Positions 9,043 through 19,364 of a stretch of DNA of 64,000 bases are shown in pieces. The translations under genes were made by a program, and so were the position numbers. Position 1 is the stretch's first letter, and each line of letters opens with the position of its first letter. The notes below the pieces were generated by a model. That model did not search any database. It had not been told where the DNA came from and saw only the letters and a list, made by a program, of their open reading frames with translations. Origin of the DNA: Candidatus Nanopelagicales bacterium (GTDB lineage Bacteria > Actinomycetota > Actinomycetes > JAHEKZ01); assembly GCA_038316135.1 (NCBI GenBank), contig JBBQAL010000003.1, forward strand, positions 926 through 64,925, written 5' to 3'.

Positions 9043-12000
9043 CTACGCGACGCTGGTCTGTCCGAGGAGGGCCTTCACATCGCCGAACAGGGCCGGCGAT
9101 GGCCGAACGCGCAGTCGGTCGTCAAGCCTCATCACCGTGGTGCGACCGCCAGCTTGAAGTTGCAAGTGGACCTCGACCGTTCCTGGGTGCGCGCTCAGCA
9201 CCTCCTTCAGCCGGTCAACAACCGGCGGCACGCACCGTGCGACGGGAAGGGAGATCACCACCGGCCCACGCGCCTCTTCGGCGTCGAGGTCGGGGACGGT
9301 GAGCTCCATCGCGATCAGCTTGGGGACGTCCTCCCTTCGGTCGATTCGGCCTCTCACCAAGACGATGCGGTCCTCGTGCAGGTGCGGCGCGACGAGGTTG
9401 TAGGTGGCCGGGAAGAACATCGCTTCAACGGCTCCCTCAAGGTCCTCCAGGGTAGCGATGGCCCATGCGTTCCCCTGCTTGGTCACCTTGCGTTGCAGTC
9501 CGGTGATCAGGCCTCCAACGGTGACCGTCGAACCATCGGCGCGCTCGCCGTCGGCCATCAGCTCGGCCACCGAGCAGTCGGAGCTGGCAGCGAGGACGTG
9601 CTCGACGCCGAAGAGTGGGTGATCAGACACGTAGAGACCGAGCATGTCGCGTTCATGGACCAACAGGGTGGCCTTCTCCCACTCACCAACCGGAATGGTC
9701 AGCTCGGAGGTGAACGCAGCAGTCTCGGTGTCCTCCGACGAACCGAACAGGTCGAACTGGCCGATTGCTTCTGCGCGCTTGGTCTCAAGCACCATGTCGA
9801 CAGCCTCGACGTGGACGGCGATGAGCCCACGTCTGGTATGTCCGAGTGCGTCAAAGGCGCCGGCCTTGACCAGTGACTCGATCACCCGCTTGTTGCAGAC
9901 CACCTGGTCGACCTTTGCGAGGAAGTCGGCGAAGTCGAGGAACCGGCCCTTGGCGCGTCGCGCCTCCACGACTGATCCGACGACGTTGAGCCCGACATTG
10001 CGGATGGCCGCGAGGCCAAAGCGGATGTCGGTGCCGCGCGGGGTGTAGTTCGCATCCGAGTCGTTGACGTCAGGGGGGAGCACCTTGATGCCCATGCGTC
10101 TGCATTCGTGCAGGTAAAGGGCCGACTTGTCCTTGTCGTCGCGGACCGATGTGAGCAGCGCCGCCATGTACTCAGAAGGGAAGTTCGCCTTCAGGTACGC
10201 CGTCCAGTAGGAGACCAGCCCGTATCCGGCAGTGTGCGCCTTGTTGAAGGCGTAGTCGGCGAAGGGGACCAGGATCTCCCAGAGGGTCGAGATCGCCTTA
10301 TCTGAGTATCCACGCTCACGCATACCGTCGGAGAAGGGAACGAACTCTTTGTCGAGCACCTCCTTCTTCTTCTTACCCATGGCGCGACGGAGCAGGTCTG
10401 CCTGGCCCAACGTGTAGCCGGCCAACTTCTGCGCGATTGCCATGACTTGCTCTTGGTAGACGATGACCCCGTAGGTGTCACCGAGGATGTCGGCAAGCGG
10501 CTCTTCGAGCTCGGGATGGATCGGCATCACCGGCTTGCGGTTGTTCTTTCGATCGGCGTAGTCGTTGTGGGCGTTGGCGCCCATCGGGCCAGGTCGATAA
10601 AGCGCCAAAACAGCAGAGATGTCTTCAAAACTGTCCGGCACCATCGAGCGAAGCAACGCCCGCATCGGTCCACCGTCGAGCTGGAAGACCCCAAGAGTGT
10701 CACCGGTGGCGAGCAGCTCGTAGGTGCGCTTGTCGTCGAGAGTGAGAGTCTCGAGCACGACCGTCTCGCCTCGGTTGGCCTCGATGTTGGCCAGCGCATC
10801 CTCAAGCACCGTGAGGTTGCGCAGGCCGAGGAAGTCCATCTTCAGCAGACCGAGCTTTTCACACGTCGGGTAGTCGAACTGGGTGATGATTGCGCCGTCC
10901 TGCTCGCGCTTCATGATCGGGATGTGGTCGATCAGCCGCTCGCTCGACATGATGACGCCAGCCGCGTGCACACCCCACTGTCGTTTGAGGTTCTCCAAGC
11001 CGCGAGCGGTATCGACAACGCGTTTGACGTCGGCGTCTGACTCGTAGAGCGACCGAAACTCACCGGCCTCGTTGTATCGCTTGTCTTTGGTGTTGAAGAT
11101 GCCACCCAGCGAGATGTCCTTGCCCATGACCGAGGGCGGCAGCACTTTGGTGATGCGGTCCCCCAGCGCGTAGGGGTAGCCGAGAACCCGCGACGAGTCC
11201 TTGATCGCCTGCTTGGCCTTGATCGTTCCGTAGGTGACGATCTGAGCGACTCGGTCGTCGCCATAGCGCTCGGTGACGTACCGAATGACGTCTCCACGGC
11301 GACGCTCGTCGAAGTCGATATCGATGTCGGGCATGGAGACGCGCTCGGGATTGAGGAAGCGCTCGAAGAGGAGGCCGTGCTCGAGAGGATCGAGGTCGGT
11401 GATGCCGAGGACATAGGCGACGATCGCACCGGCCGCCGAGCCGCGACCTGGGCCTACCCGAATGCCTTGTCCCTTCGCCCAACCGATGAAGTCGGCCACG
11501 ACCAGGAAGTAACCGGGAAATCCCATCTGACAGATGACGCCGACCTCATACTCGGCCTGTTTGCGCACCTGGTCGGGGATGCCCTTCGGATAGCGGAAGT
11601 GCATCCCCCGCTCGACCTCTTTGACGAACCAGGAGGCTTCAGTCTCGCCTTCGGGAACGTCGTAACGAGGCATGAGATTGGCGTTCTCGTTGAATGCCAC
11701 CTCGCACCGTTCGGCGATCAGGAGCGTGTTGTCGCAGGCTTCGGGGAAGTCGCGCCAGACGTCGCGCATCTCGGCAGCGGTCTTGAGGTAGAACTCGTCG
11801 GCATCGAACTTGAAGCGAGTGGGGTCTGCCAACGTCGAGCCGGACTGAACACAGAGCAGCGCGGCGTGCGACTGGGCGTCAGCGGCGTGGGTGTAGTGCA
11901 GGTCGTTGGTGGCAACGAGGGGAAGATCCAGCTGCTTGGCCAGCCGCAGCAGGTCGTCACGCGGACGCCGTTCGATGTCGAGTCCGTGGTCCATCAGCTC

Positions 12001-12558
12001 GCAGAAGTAGTTGTCGGCCCCAAAAATGTCGCGATAGTCCGACGCTGCCTGCACCGCGGCGTCGTACTTACCCAGGCGGAGAAGCGTCTGCACTTCACCT
12101 GACGGACACCCGGTGGTGGCCATGATGCCGTCTGCGTAGGTCTGGAGCAGCTCGCGGTCCATGCGCGGCTTGAAGTAGAAGCCCTCGATGCTGGCCAGGC
12201 TGGAGAGCCGGAAGAGGTTGTGCATACCCGACGTCGACCGGGCCAGCATGGTCATGTGCGTGTAGGCGCCAGCCCCCGAGACGTCGTCCTGGCCGCCGCC
12301 GCCCCAGCGGACGCGGGTGCGGTCGCGACGGTCAGTACCAGGCGTGAGGTAGGCCTCGATGCCGACGATCGGCCTGATCCCGCGCTCACGAGCCTGACGG
12401 TAGAAGTCGTGGGCACCGAAGACGTTGCCGTGGTCGGTGATCGCAATCGCAGGCATCTGCTGGTCGACTGCGGCATCGAGCAACTCGCCGACGCGGGCGG
12501 CACCATCGAGCATGGAGTACTCGGTGTGCACGTGCAGGTGCACGAACGAGTCGGCCAT
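9043..12558 (-). CDS. dnaE: DNA polymerase III alpha subunit (replicative DnaE1)
   Basis: 1171 aa. PHP motif FVHLHVHTEYSMLDGA, the polymerase core, and a C-terminal OB region. Confidence 0.97.
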   Translation of the reverse strand: MADSFVHLHVHTEYSMLDGAARVGELLDAAVDQQMPAIAITDHGNVFGAHDFYRQARERGIRPIVGIEAYLTPGTDRRDRTRVRWGGGGQDDVSGAGAYTHMTMLARSTSGMHNLFRLSSLASIEGFYFKPRMDRELLQTYADGIMATTGCPSGEVQTLLRLGKYDAAVQAASDYRDIFGADNYFCELMDHGLDIERRPRDDLLRLAKQLDLPLVATNDLHYTHAADAQSHAALLCVQSGSTLADPTRFKFDADEFYLKTAAEMRDVWRDFPEACDNTLLIAERCEVAFNENANLMPRYDVPEGETEASWFVKEVERGMHFRYPKGIPDQVRKQAEYEVGVICQMGFPGYFLVVADFIGWAKGQGIRVGPGRGSAAGAIVAYVLGITDLDPLEHGLLFERFLNPERVSMPDIDIDFDERRRGDVIRYVTERYGDDRVAQIVTYGTIKAKQAIKDSSRVLGYPYALGDRITKVLPPSVMGKDISLGGIFNTKDKRYNEAGEFRSLYESDADVKRVVDTARGLENLKRQWGVHAAGVIMSSERLIDHIPIMKREQDGAIITQFDYPTCEKLGLLKMDFLGLRNLTVLEDALANIEANRGETVVLETLTLDDKRTYELLATGDTLGVFQLDGGPMRALLRSMVPDSFEDISAVLALYRPGPMGANAHNDYADRKNNRKPVMPIHPELEEPLADILGDTYGVIVYQEQVMAIAQKLAGYTLGQADLLRRAMGKKKKEVLDKEFVPFSDGMRERGYSDKAISTLWEILVPFADYAFNKAHTAGYGLVSYWTAYLKANFPSEYMAALLTSVRDDKDKSALYLHECRRMGIKVLPPDVNDSDANYTPRGTDIRFGLAAIRNVGLNVVGSVVEARRAKGRFLDFADFLAKVDQVVCNKRVIESLVKAGAFDALGHTRRGLIAVHVEAVDMVLETKRAEAIGQFDLFGSSEDTETAAFTSELTIPVGEWEKATLLVHERDMLGLYVSDHPLFGVEHVLAASSDCSVAELMADGERADGSTVTVGGLITGLQRKVTKQGNAWAIATLEDLEGAVEAMFFPATYNLVAPHLHEDRIVLVRGRIDRREDVPKLIAMELTVPDLDAEEARGPVVISLPVARCVPPVVDRLKEVLSAHPGTVEVHLQLQAGGRTTVMRLDDRLRVRPSPALFGDVKALLGQTSVA

Positions 12559-12690
12559 ACTGGCGCCGGCCTCCCTGCGATGGTCGTTCGGAAGAACCGT
12601 GGTGGTTCTCGGTGGCTGTGAAGTGCCGGGGGAAGGCGGCCCTGCCGACTGTAGTCGGCCCCACCCTCGAACCCCGAACCGACGCTCCGG

Positions 12691-14001
<1,311 letters not shown>

Positions 14002-14002
<1 letters not shown>

Positions 14003-14475
14003 TGGACATGACCCAGACCGACCTACCCGGAGCGGGTGCGATCGACAGCTATATCGGACGCGTGGACGCAGCCGCGCGCAGTCTGCCGCCCGACCGGCGC
14101 ATCGAGCTGCTCGACCAGTTGCGTGAGCATCTCGACGCCGTAGCGCAGGGCCCAGGTGCCACCGAACGAGCGGTGCTGGCGGCCATCGACCGACTCGGCG
14201 ACCCAGCCGAGATCGTCGCGAGCGAGGACGATCTCGCGACGTCGGCGAGAGCGGTCGTCATGCCGACCCGGAGCGCGTGGGGACCGCTGGAGATCATCGC
14301 AGTGATCTTGCTGATCGCTGGGTCGTTCCTCATTCCGGTAATCGGCCCACTCGCCGGTCTCGTCTGCGCCTGGCTCTCACCAGCCTGGACCCGTGGAGAG
14401 AAGTGGGTGGCGACCGCGTTGGCGTCGGGAGGAATCGTCGTGGTCGTCGGCCTCCTTGTCCTCGCCAGACTCTAG
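14002..14475 (+). CDS. HAAS/DUF1700-like membrane partner of PadR
   Basis: The start ATG shares its A with the padR stop (cTGATGg). The N-terminal helical domain (IDSYIGRVDAAARSLPPDRRIELLDQLREHLD...LGDPAEIV) is followed by 3 TM helices. Confidence 0.7.
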
Positions 14476-14490
14476 GAAGGAGTTGACCAG

Positions 14491-14613
14491 ATGTTCGATC
14501 TCAGCGGGCTGGAACTCGTCCTCGTGCTCACCGTTCTCGGCGGCCTCTTCGCCGGCATCTACCTGGCGGTCCGGTTGGCCCGCAGGCCAACGTCACGCGA
14601 CGAAAGGGTTTGA
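14491..14613 (+). CDS. 40-aa single-TM peptide, paralog 1 (not in the ORF track)
   Basis: Hand translation: MFDLSGLELVLVLTVLGGLFAGIYLAVRLARRPTSRDERV*. GGAAGGAG Shine-Dalgarno about 9 nt upstream. Begins 15 nt after the HAAS gene stop. Confidence 0.45.
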   Translation: MFDLSGLELVLVLTVLGGLFAGIYLAVRLARRPTSRDERV

Positions 14614-14614
14614 C

Positions 14615-14737
14615 ATGACTGCAGGATTCTTGCTCTTCCTGCTGGTGCCGTTCATGCTGCTCGGCGGCGTCTTCGCAGGCATTTACCTTCTGACAAAGCT
14701 CAGTCGGCGTTCGGTTTCAGATCGTCCTGAGATCTGA
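14615..14737 (+). CDS. 40-aa single-TM peptide, paralog 2
   Basis: MTAGFLLFLLVPFMLLGGVFAGIYLLTKLSRRSVSDRPEI* is the 3' part of track ORF 14393..14737. GAAAGGG Shine-Dalgarno 8 nt upstream. ATG lies 1 nt after the stop of paralog 1. Shares the LGG(L/V)FAGIYL...(R/K)L(A/S)RR core with paralog 1. Confidence 0.5.
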   Translation: MTAGFLLFLLVPFMLLGGVFAGIYLLTKLSRRSVSDRPEI

Positions 14738-15042
14738 TTCGTGCGCCAGGATCTTCAGAGTGACTGAACGATCCGCGGATGACGAGCACAAGACCCCGTG
14801 GGCCTCGTCGAACGTGGCTACGGCGCTGCACCGCCGTGCAGAACCGTCGTCTGCTGCGTTCAGCCGGCTTCGACCTTCTGGTGGACGAAGTGATGACGAT
14901 GCAGAAGCCTGAGAGCCTGGCAACCTTTCTAGGGGTTTTGGCGCAGCGCGCGGCTTGAACTCTGGGCGGCTCGCTCGCGGGCCTGTGGACGGGCCAAGCG
15001 GATGTGCGCAGCCTGTCAGACCCCGGTGGCAGAGTGCAGCTC

Positions 15043-16311
15043 ATGAACTCCTCCGCCCCATCTCTCGCGCAGCAGGTTTCCGACCTGGTCGCGAGCCTGG
15101 CTGATACCGCACAGGTGACCGACGCTGCCTTGCGCGAAGAGCTGGTGGAGTGTGAGCAGGCGGCCCAGATGCTGATGGCGCGTCAGGCTAAAGCGATGGC
15201 TGAGATGGCCAACAGGGCCGAGCACGCCGACCGTCTCGACGAGCAGCAGCTGGGGCGCCCGCTGTGGTCGAGCGAGTGCCGCACCGAGTTTGTCGCCGAC
15301 GAGATCGCGGTGACACTTGTTTGCACCAAGGGGGTAGCCGCCCGTCGATATGGAATCGCAGGTCTAGCCGCAGATCTCCCCTCCCTCATGCGGGCCTGGT
15401 CTGCTGGTGAAGTGGACGAACGCAAGGTCTCGGTGATCGCCGAGGGCTTGCGCGACGTTGATCCCTTCTTCGCCGACGCCCTCGCAGACGCCGCCACCAA
15501 GTACGCATCCACTCGAACCAGCACCCAGGTGCGCGCATGGCTGTCTCGCCGCGTGATCGAGGCTGATCCGGGGGCGGCTGAGATGCGCCGCCAACGCGCT
15601 GTCGCCGATCGTCGAGTCATGCTGACCCCACTTTCTGACGGAGTCTCTGAACTCACCGCGATCCTGCCGAGCATCCAGGCTCGACAGATCTACGAAACCG
15701 TCAACAACGTCGCACAGGCTGCCGGTTCAGACGATCTGCGCAGCATGGATCAGCGCCGTGCCGACTCCTTGTTCGATCTACTCGTCGGTCGCGCCGAGCC
15801 TCCCCAGGTTCACGTCCAGGTGGTCGTCCCCATCGACTCGCTCCTCGACGAAGGCGCCGAGCCGGGTGCCGTGCCCGGCATCGGACCGATCACCGCGTCA
15901 GAGGCACGCGAGCTCGCATCTGGTGGATTTGATGCTCCGGCTACGTGGCGCCGGCTCCTGGTTGACGACACCTCAGGGGCGCTCGTCGACAGCGCGGAGC
16001 GCCAATACCGTCCCTCACCGCGACTTGAGAACGCTGTCCGAGCGCGCGATGTCACCTGTCGGTTCCCCGGCTGCCGCCGTTCAGCTGTCGGTGAGCGCAC
16101 CGGCACCGACCTCGACCACACCGTCCCCTGGCCGCAGGGCAACACAGAAGCGACGAATCTGGCAGCACTGTGCAGACACCACCACCGAGTCAAACACTCG
16201 CCCGGCTGGAGTGTGGAGCATCGCCCCGATGGAGTCCTGGAGTGGACGACACCGGTTGGCCGGCGGTTCGTCACTGAACCATGGGCGTACCTCGAGCCTG
16301 CCCCGACCTAA
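15043..16311 (+). CDS. DUF222 / HNH endonuclease domain protein (REP13E12-type)
   Basis: DUF222-like N-terminal region, then an HNH block (CRFPGCRR...DLDHTVPW...GNTEATNLAALCRHHHRVKH). The start could instead be GTG 15004. Confidence 0.85.
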   Translation: MNSSAPSLAQQVSDLVASLADTAQVTDAALREELVECEQAAQMLMARQAKAMAEMANRAEHADRLDEQQLGRPLWSSECRTEFVADEIAVTLVCTKGVAARRYGIAGLAADLPSLMRAWSAGEVDERKVSVIAEGLRDVDPFFADALADAATKYASTRTSTQVRAWLSRRVIEADPGAAEMRRQRAVADRRVMLTPLSDGVSELTAILPSIQARQIYETVNNVAQAAGSDDLRSMDQRRADSLFDLLVGRAEPPQVHVQVVVPIDSLLDEGAEPGAVPGIGPITASEARELASGGFDAPATWRRLLVDDTSGALVDSAERQYRPSPRLENAVRARDVTCRFPGCRRSAVGERTGTDLDHTVPWPQGNTEATNLAALCRHHHRVKHSPGWSVEHRPDGVLEWTTPVGRRFVTEPWAYLEPAPT

Positions 16312-16336
16312 GTGTCGCCGTCCCTTCCTACTCCCT

Positions 16337-17263
16337 CTATTCCTCGCGAAGCACCTCAAGTGCGCGCTCGAGGTCGTCTGGGTATGGCGAGGTGAACCGC
16401 ACCTGTTCGCCGGTTGCCGGGTGAGCGAAGGCAAGCTCGCGCGCGTGCAGCCACTGACGGCTGAGGCCCAACCGCGCCGAGAGCGTCGGGTCGGCCCCAT
16501 AGGTCAGGTCACCGACGCAGGGATGGCGGAGCGCGCTCATGTGCACCCGAATCTGATGCGTGCGCCCTGTCTCCAAGTGAATGATGAGAAGGCTAGCCGC
16601 ACGGAACGCCTCGAGCGTCTCGTAGTGCGTGACGCTCTCTTTGCCACCTGCGGTCACCGCCCAGCGCCAGTCGTCCTTGGGGTGACGCCCCACCGGTGCA
16701 TCAACGGTGCCGCGGCTTGGGTCTGGGTGCCCCTGAACAACTGCGTGGTAGACCTTGTCGACGGTTCGCTCCTTGAACGCGGCCTTTAGCACGCTGTAGG
16801 CACGCTCGGATTTGGCGACGACCATGACCCCACTAGTCCCGACGTCGAGTCGGTGCACGACTCCCTGGCGCTCGGCTGCCCCGCTCGTAGCGACCCGGTA
16901 CCCAGCTGCCGACAACCCACCGACAACGGTCGGACCAGACCAGCCCGGGCTCGGATGCGCTGCAACGCCGACCGGCTTGTCGACCACCACGATGTCGTCG
17001 TCATCATGCAGGACGAGCAGCCCCGGCACCGGCTCAGTGTCGATCGCGACCGGCGATGCGGCGTCCGGGAGTTCGACCTCGAGCATCAGACCAGCATGGA
17101 CGCGGTCGCTCTTGAGCGGGGGAACGCCGTCGACCAGTACGGCACCAGCGACGATGAGATCGGCCGCCTTCGTTCGCGAAAGCCCGAAGAGCCTGGCCAT
17201 GGCGGCGTCAATGCGCTCGCCCTCAAGCCCCTCTGGGACGGCGAGGCTGCGATGTTCTGGCAC
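16337..17263 (-). CDS. rluD: RluA-family (RluD-like) 23S rRNA pseudouridine synthase
   Basis: 308 aa with an S4-like N-terminus and the catalytic [15 protein letters not shown] motif. Confidence 0.9.
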   Translation of the reverse strand: MPEHRSLAVPEGLEGERIDAAMARLFGLSRTKAADLIVAGAVLVDGVPPLKSDRVHAGLMLEVELPDAASPVAIDTEPVPGLLVLHDDDDIVVVDKPVGVAAHPSPGWSGPTVVGGLSAAGYRVATSGAAERQGVVHRLDVGTSGVMVVAKSERAYSVLKAAFKERTVDKVYHAVVQGHPDPSRGTVDAPVGRHPKDDWRWAVTAGGKESVTHYETLEAFRAASLLIIHLETGRTHQIRVHMSALRHPCVGDLTYGADPTLSARLGLSRQWLHARELAFAHPATGEQVRFTSPYPDDLERALEVLREE

Positions 17264-17272
17264 CTGGTGAGG

Positions 17273-17791
17273 TTAGCCCGTCCCGCCCGGTCGAGACCCA
17301 TCGAGACCGATCCCGCGAAACGACAGCCACACCATCAGGATCGCCGAGCAGAAGATCGCACTGTCGGCGATGTTGAAGACCGGCCAGTTCGGAACCGCGA
17401 TCCAGTCAACGACCGAGCCACGGAACGGGCCCGGACTTCGGAACAACCGGTCGCTCAAGTTTCCCAGCGCTCCCCCAAGAAGTCCGCCGAGCGCAACCGC
17501 CCATGCGTTCGAGCCCAGGCGTGATGCCATCCGAATAACCACCACGGCCACCGTGATGGCGATTGCCGTCAGGACGATCGTGAAACTGCCCCCCATGCTG
17601 AACGCGGCACCAGGGTTTCGCGCGTAGGTGATCTGGAGCCAATCACCGACTACCTCTATCGGATCGCGGCCCGGCATCTGCTGCTGCACCCACCACTTCG
17701 TGCCTTGGTCGATGGCCAGAACGCCGGCAGCTACTCCGAGGGTGATCCAGAGGGGGCGACGTGACGTGGGGGCAGCCGAATCGGAGGTCAG
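17273..17791 (-). CDS. lspA: Lipoprotein signal peptidase II (LspA); start probably non-canonical
   Basis: NPGAAFS, VVDWI and FNIADSAI motifs. The first TM helix and the DQGTK motif lie upstream of the only ATG/GTG/TTG (GTG 17689). See the finding on the CTG 17791 start. Confidence 0.8.
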   Translation of the reverse strand: MTSDSAAPTSRRPLWITLGVAAGVLAIDQGTKWWVQQQMPGRDPIEVVGDWLQITYARNPGAAFSMGGSFTIVLTAIAITVAVVVIRMASRLGSNAWAVALGGLLGGALGNLSDRLFRSPGPFRGSVVDWIAVPNWPVFNIADSAIFCSAILMVWLSFRGIGLDGSRPGGTG

Positions 17792-18633
17792 CGCCGTTCC
17801 TCACGCTGCTTGCAGTCGACGCAAAGCGTCGCGCGGGGGAAGGCCTCAAGGCGCATCTTGCCGATAGGCAGGCCGCAACTCTCACACGTCCCGTATGAAC
17901 CGTCGGTAATCCGCTTCAAGGCATGCTCAACCTGTTCGAGCAGGTCACGCGAGTTGTTGGCAACCGACATCTCGTGCTCGCGCTCGAAGGTTTTACTTCC
18001 CGCATCTGCTTGGTCGTCGCCGGAACCGTCGCCGGAATCTCGCAGCAACTCGTTGAGGTCCTCAACCGCCGTGGCAATCTCAGCCTTGAGGCGGACCCGC
18101 TCCGCACGCAGGACCCCGCGCATCTCGTCACGCTCTTCCGGGGTGAGTGGTTTGCGGCCGCGGGCCGAACGCTTGGGTGCCACGGCAGCCTTCTTCAACG
18201 GCACCGACGGCTTGGGCGGCGCCGCTGCGACCTGCGTTGATTCGGCGGGAGGAGCAGGAGAAGCTTTCTGCAGCGAAGCGGTCTTGGCCGCAGCCTGCTT
18301 CGCAACCGCTTTCTTGACGGGTGCCTTCTTGGCCGGGGCCTTCGTGACAGCGGCCTTCTTCACCGGAGCCTTCTGCGTCACGGTCTTCGCCGGGGCCTTC
18401 GTGGCGGGAGCCTTCTTGACCGAAGCCCGCTTGACGACTGCCTTCTTCGTCGGGGCCTTCTTCACAACCGCCTTCTTCGCTGGAGCCTTCTTCACCGGAG
18501 CCTTCTTCGTCACGGTCTTCTTTGCAGAAGCCTTCTTGGCGGCGATCGTCGGGGACGCTGGCCCCGCCTTTCCGGGGCGCGCCGAGTCTCCCCGGAACCG
18601 GGTCGTTCCACCACTGGACGTGTGCTGCGCCAT
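17788..18633 (-). CDS. DksA/TraR-family C4 zinc-finger protein with N-terminal Lys/Ala-rich histone-like repeats
   Basis: C-terminal [25 protein letters not shown] (CxxC-x17-CxxC) plus a coiled coil. The N-terminal ~90 aa are (A/P)KKA-type repeats. Start ATG 18633 has a GGGAGG Shine-Dalgarno 6 nt upstream. Confidence 0.8.
   Translation of the reverse strand: MAQHTSSGGTTRFRGDSARPGKAGPASPTIAAKKASAKKTVTKKAPVKKAPAKKAVVKKAPTKKAVVKRASVKKAPATKAPAKTVTQKAPVKKAAVTKAPAKKAPVKKAVAKQAAAKTASLQKASPAPPAESTQVAAAPPKPSVPLKKAAVAPKRSARGRKPLTPEERDEMRGVLRAERVRLKAEIATAVEDLNELLRDSGDGSGDDQADAGSKTFEREHEMSVANNSRDLLEQVEHALKRITDGSYGTCESCGLPIGKMRLEAFPRATLCVDCKQREERR
18277..18543 (-). repeat. Coding low-complexity repeat ([15 protein letters not shown]...)
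   Basis: About 89 aa of iterated Lys/Ala/Pro/Val units within the DksA-like CDS, visible as GGxGCCTTCTT iterations on the plus strand. Confidence 0.8.
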
Positions 18634-18745
18634 GCGGACCTCCCAGAGACCGACTGCGCGCCGAGTCCGCGAGAGACTAGGCGCTCCGACCGTCCCCGTC
18701 CAAACCGCCACGCCGCCCGGGACGTCCTCAGCTCCCCGAGGGGGC

Positions 18746-19069
18746 TCAGGCCTCGGGGGGCAAGGAGTCCTCAAGAGTGGCTAGCCGGCGTGCCAACTCC
18801 TGAACCGGGAGGGCCACTGCCAGGGTCTTCTGTCGTGCCCTGACCCCGCGAAGCAACCACACCTGACTGCGCGCCAAGCCCAGCGCCCTGGCCACCGCGG
18901 CCAGCACAGCGTCGGTCGCTGCCCCATCGACAGCCTTGGCCGTCACCGCCACCGCGAGCGATCCGGCGTACCGCCCCCCGACCTTGGTCCGTGCGGAGCT
19001 CGGCCGCACCCAGATATGGAGCGTTGCCGGGCCATCGTCGACATCAGCCACCGCTTCAGTCTGCAGCAT
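18746..19069 (-). CDS. DUF167 (YggU-like) family protein
   Basis: [16 protein letters not shown]...[33 protein letters not shown] resembles the YggU pattern. Start trimmed to ATG 19069 because the upstream part of the track ORF is antisense to the ileS leader. Confidence 0.7.
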   Translation of the reverse strand: MLQTEAVADVDDGPATLHIWVRPSSARTKVGGRYAGSLAVAVTAKAVDGAATDAVLAAVARALGLARSQVWLLRGVRARQKTLAVALPVQELARRLATLEDSLPPEA

Positions 19070-19094
19070 GGCTGGACTCGCTAGACTCCGTGTG

Positions 19095-19364
19095 ACTGCA
19101 CGGCGATGACGGGACGAGTACCCGCGCAATCGCAGGTCAATGAGCGATCTGGGGATGGTGAGAGCCCGGGGCCTGGCGCGGAGAACATCACCTTGAGCTG
19201 CCGGAAGAGCGGCCAAGCCGAAGGCGGCGGGGCCAGGTAGAACCGGCTGCAGCGACCTCGAGTGGGTGAACGTCCATACGGACGGCCGCCAATGAGGGTG
19301 GTACCGCGGGGCCAAGGACGCCGGCCTCGTCCCTCTGATCGGACGCCCCACCGACGGAGGACCG
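19095..19364 (+). promoter_or_regulatory. T-box leader (Ile specifier), probably translational, upstream of ileS
   Basis: T-box sequence AATGAGGGTGGTACCGCG at 19291-19308. Candidate specifier AUC at 19187-19189 followed by A, within GAGAACAUCACC. GAUGA K-turn-like motif at 19105-19109. UGGUGAGAG distal-type motif at about 19156-19164. The CCTC-rich segment can pair with the GGAGG Shine-Dalgarno at about 19355. Confidence 0.8.

Noticed and set aside
8692-9876. 394-aa plus-strand ORF
   Set aside because: It is antisense to the 3' end of dnaE and the 5' end of the 7346..8959 gene, and no motif was recognised. High-GC artefact.
12559-12690. Small hairpins (GCCGAC-UACA-GUCGGC; AGAACC-GTGGT-GGTTCT) between the AKR gene and dnaE
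   Set aside because: The stems are short with no U-tract, so the evidence is insufficient to call a terminator or regulatory RNA.
15004-16311. Possible IS element or prophage remnant around the HNH gene
   Set aside because: No transposase, integrase, terminal inverted repeats or att-like direct repeats are visible. Kept only as a lone accessory gene.
17810-18784. 324-aa plus-strand ORF rich in A/F/G repeats
   Set aside because: It is the mirror image (antisense) of the KKA-repeat DksA-like gene. The minus-strand frame carries a bona fide C4 zinc finger and a good Shine-Dalgarno.
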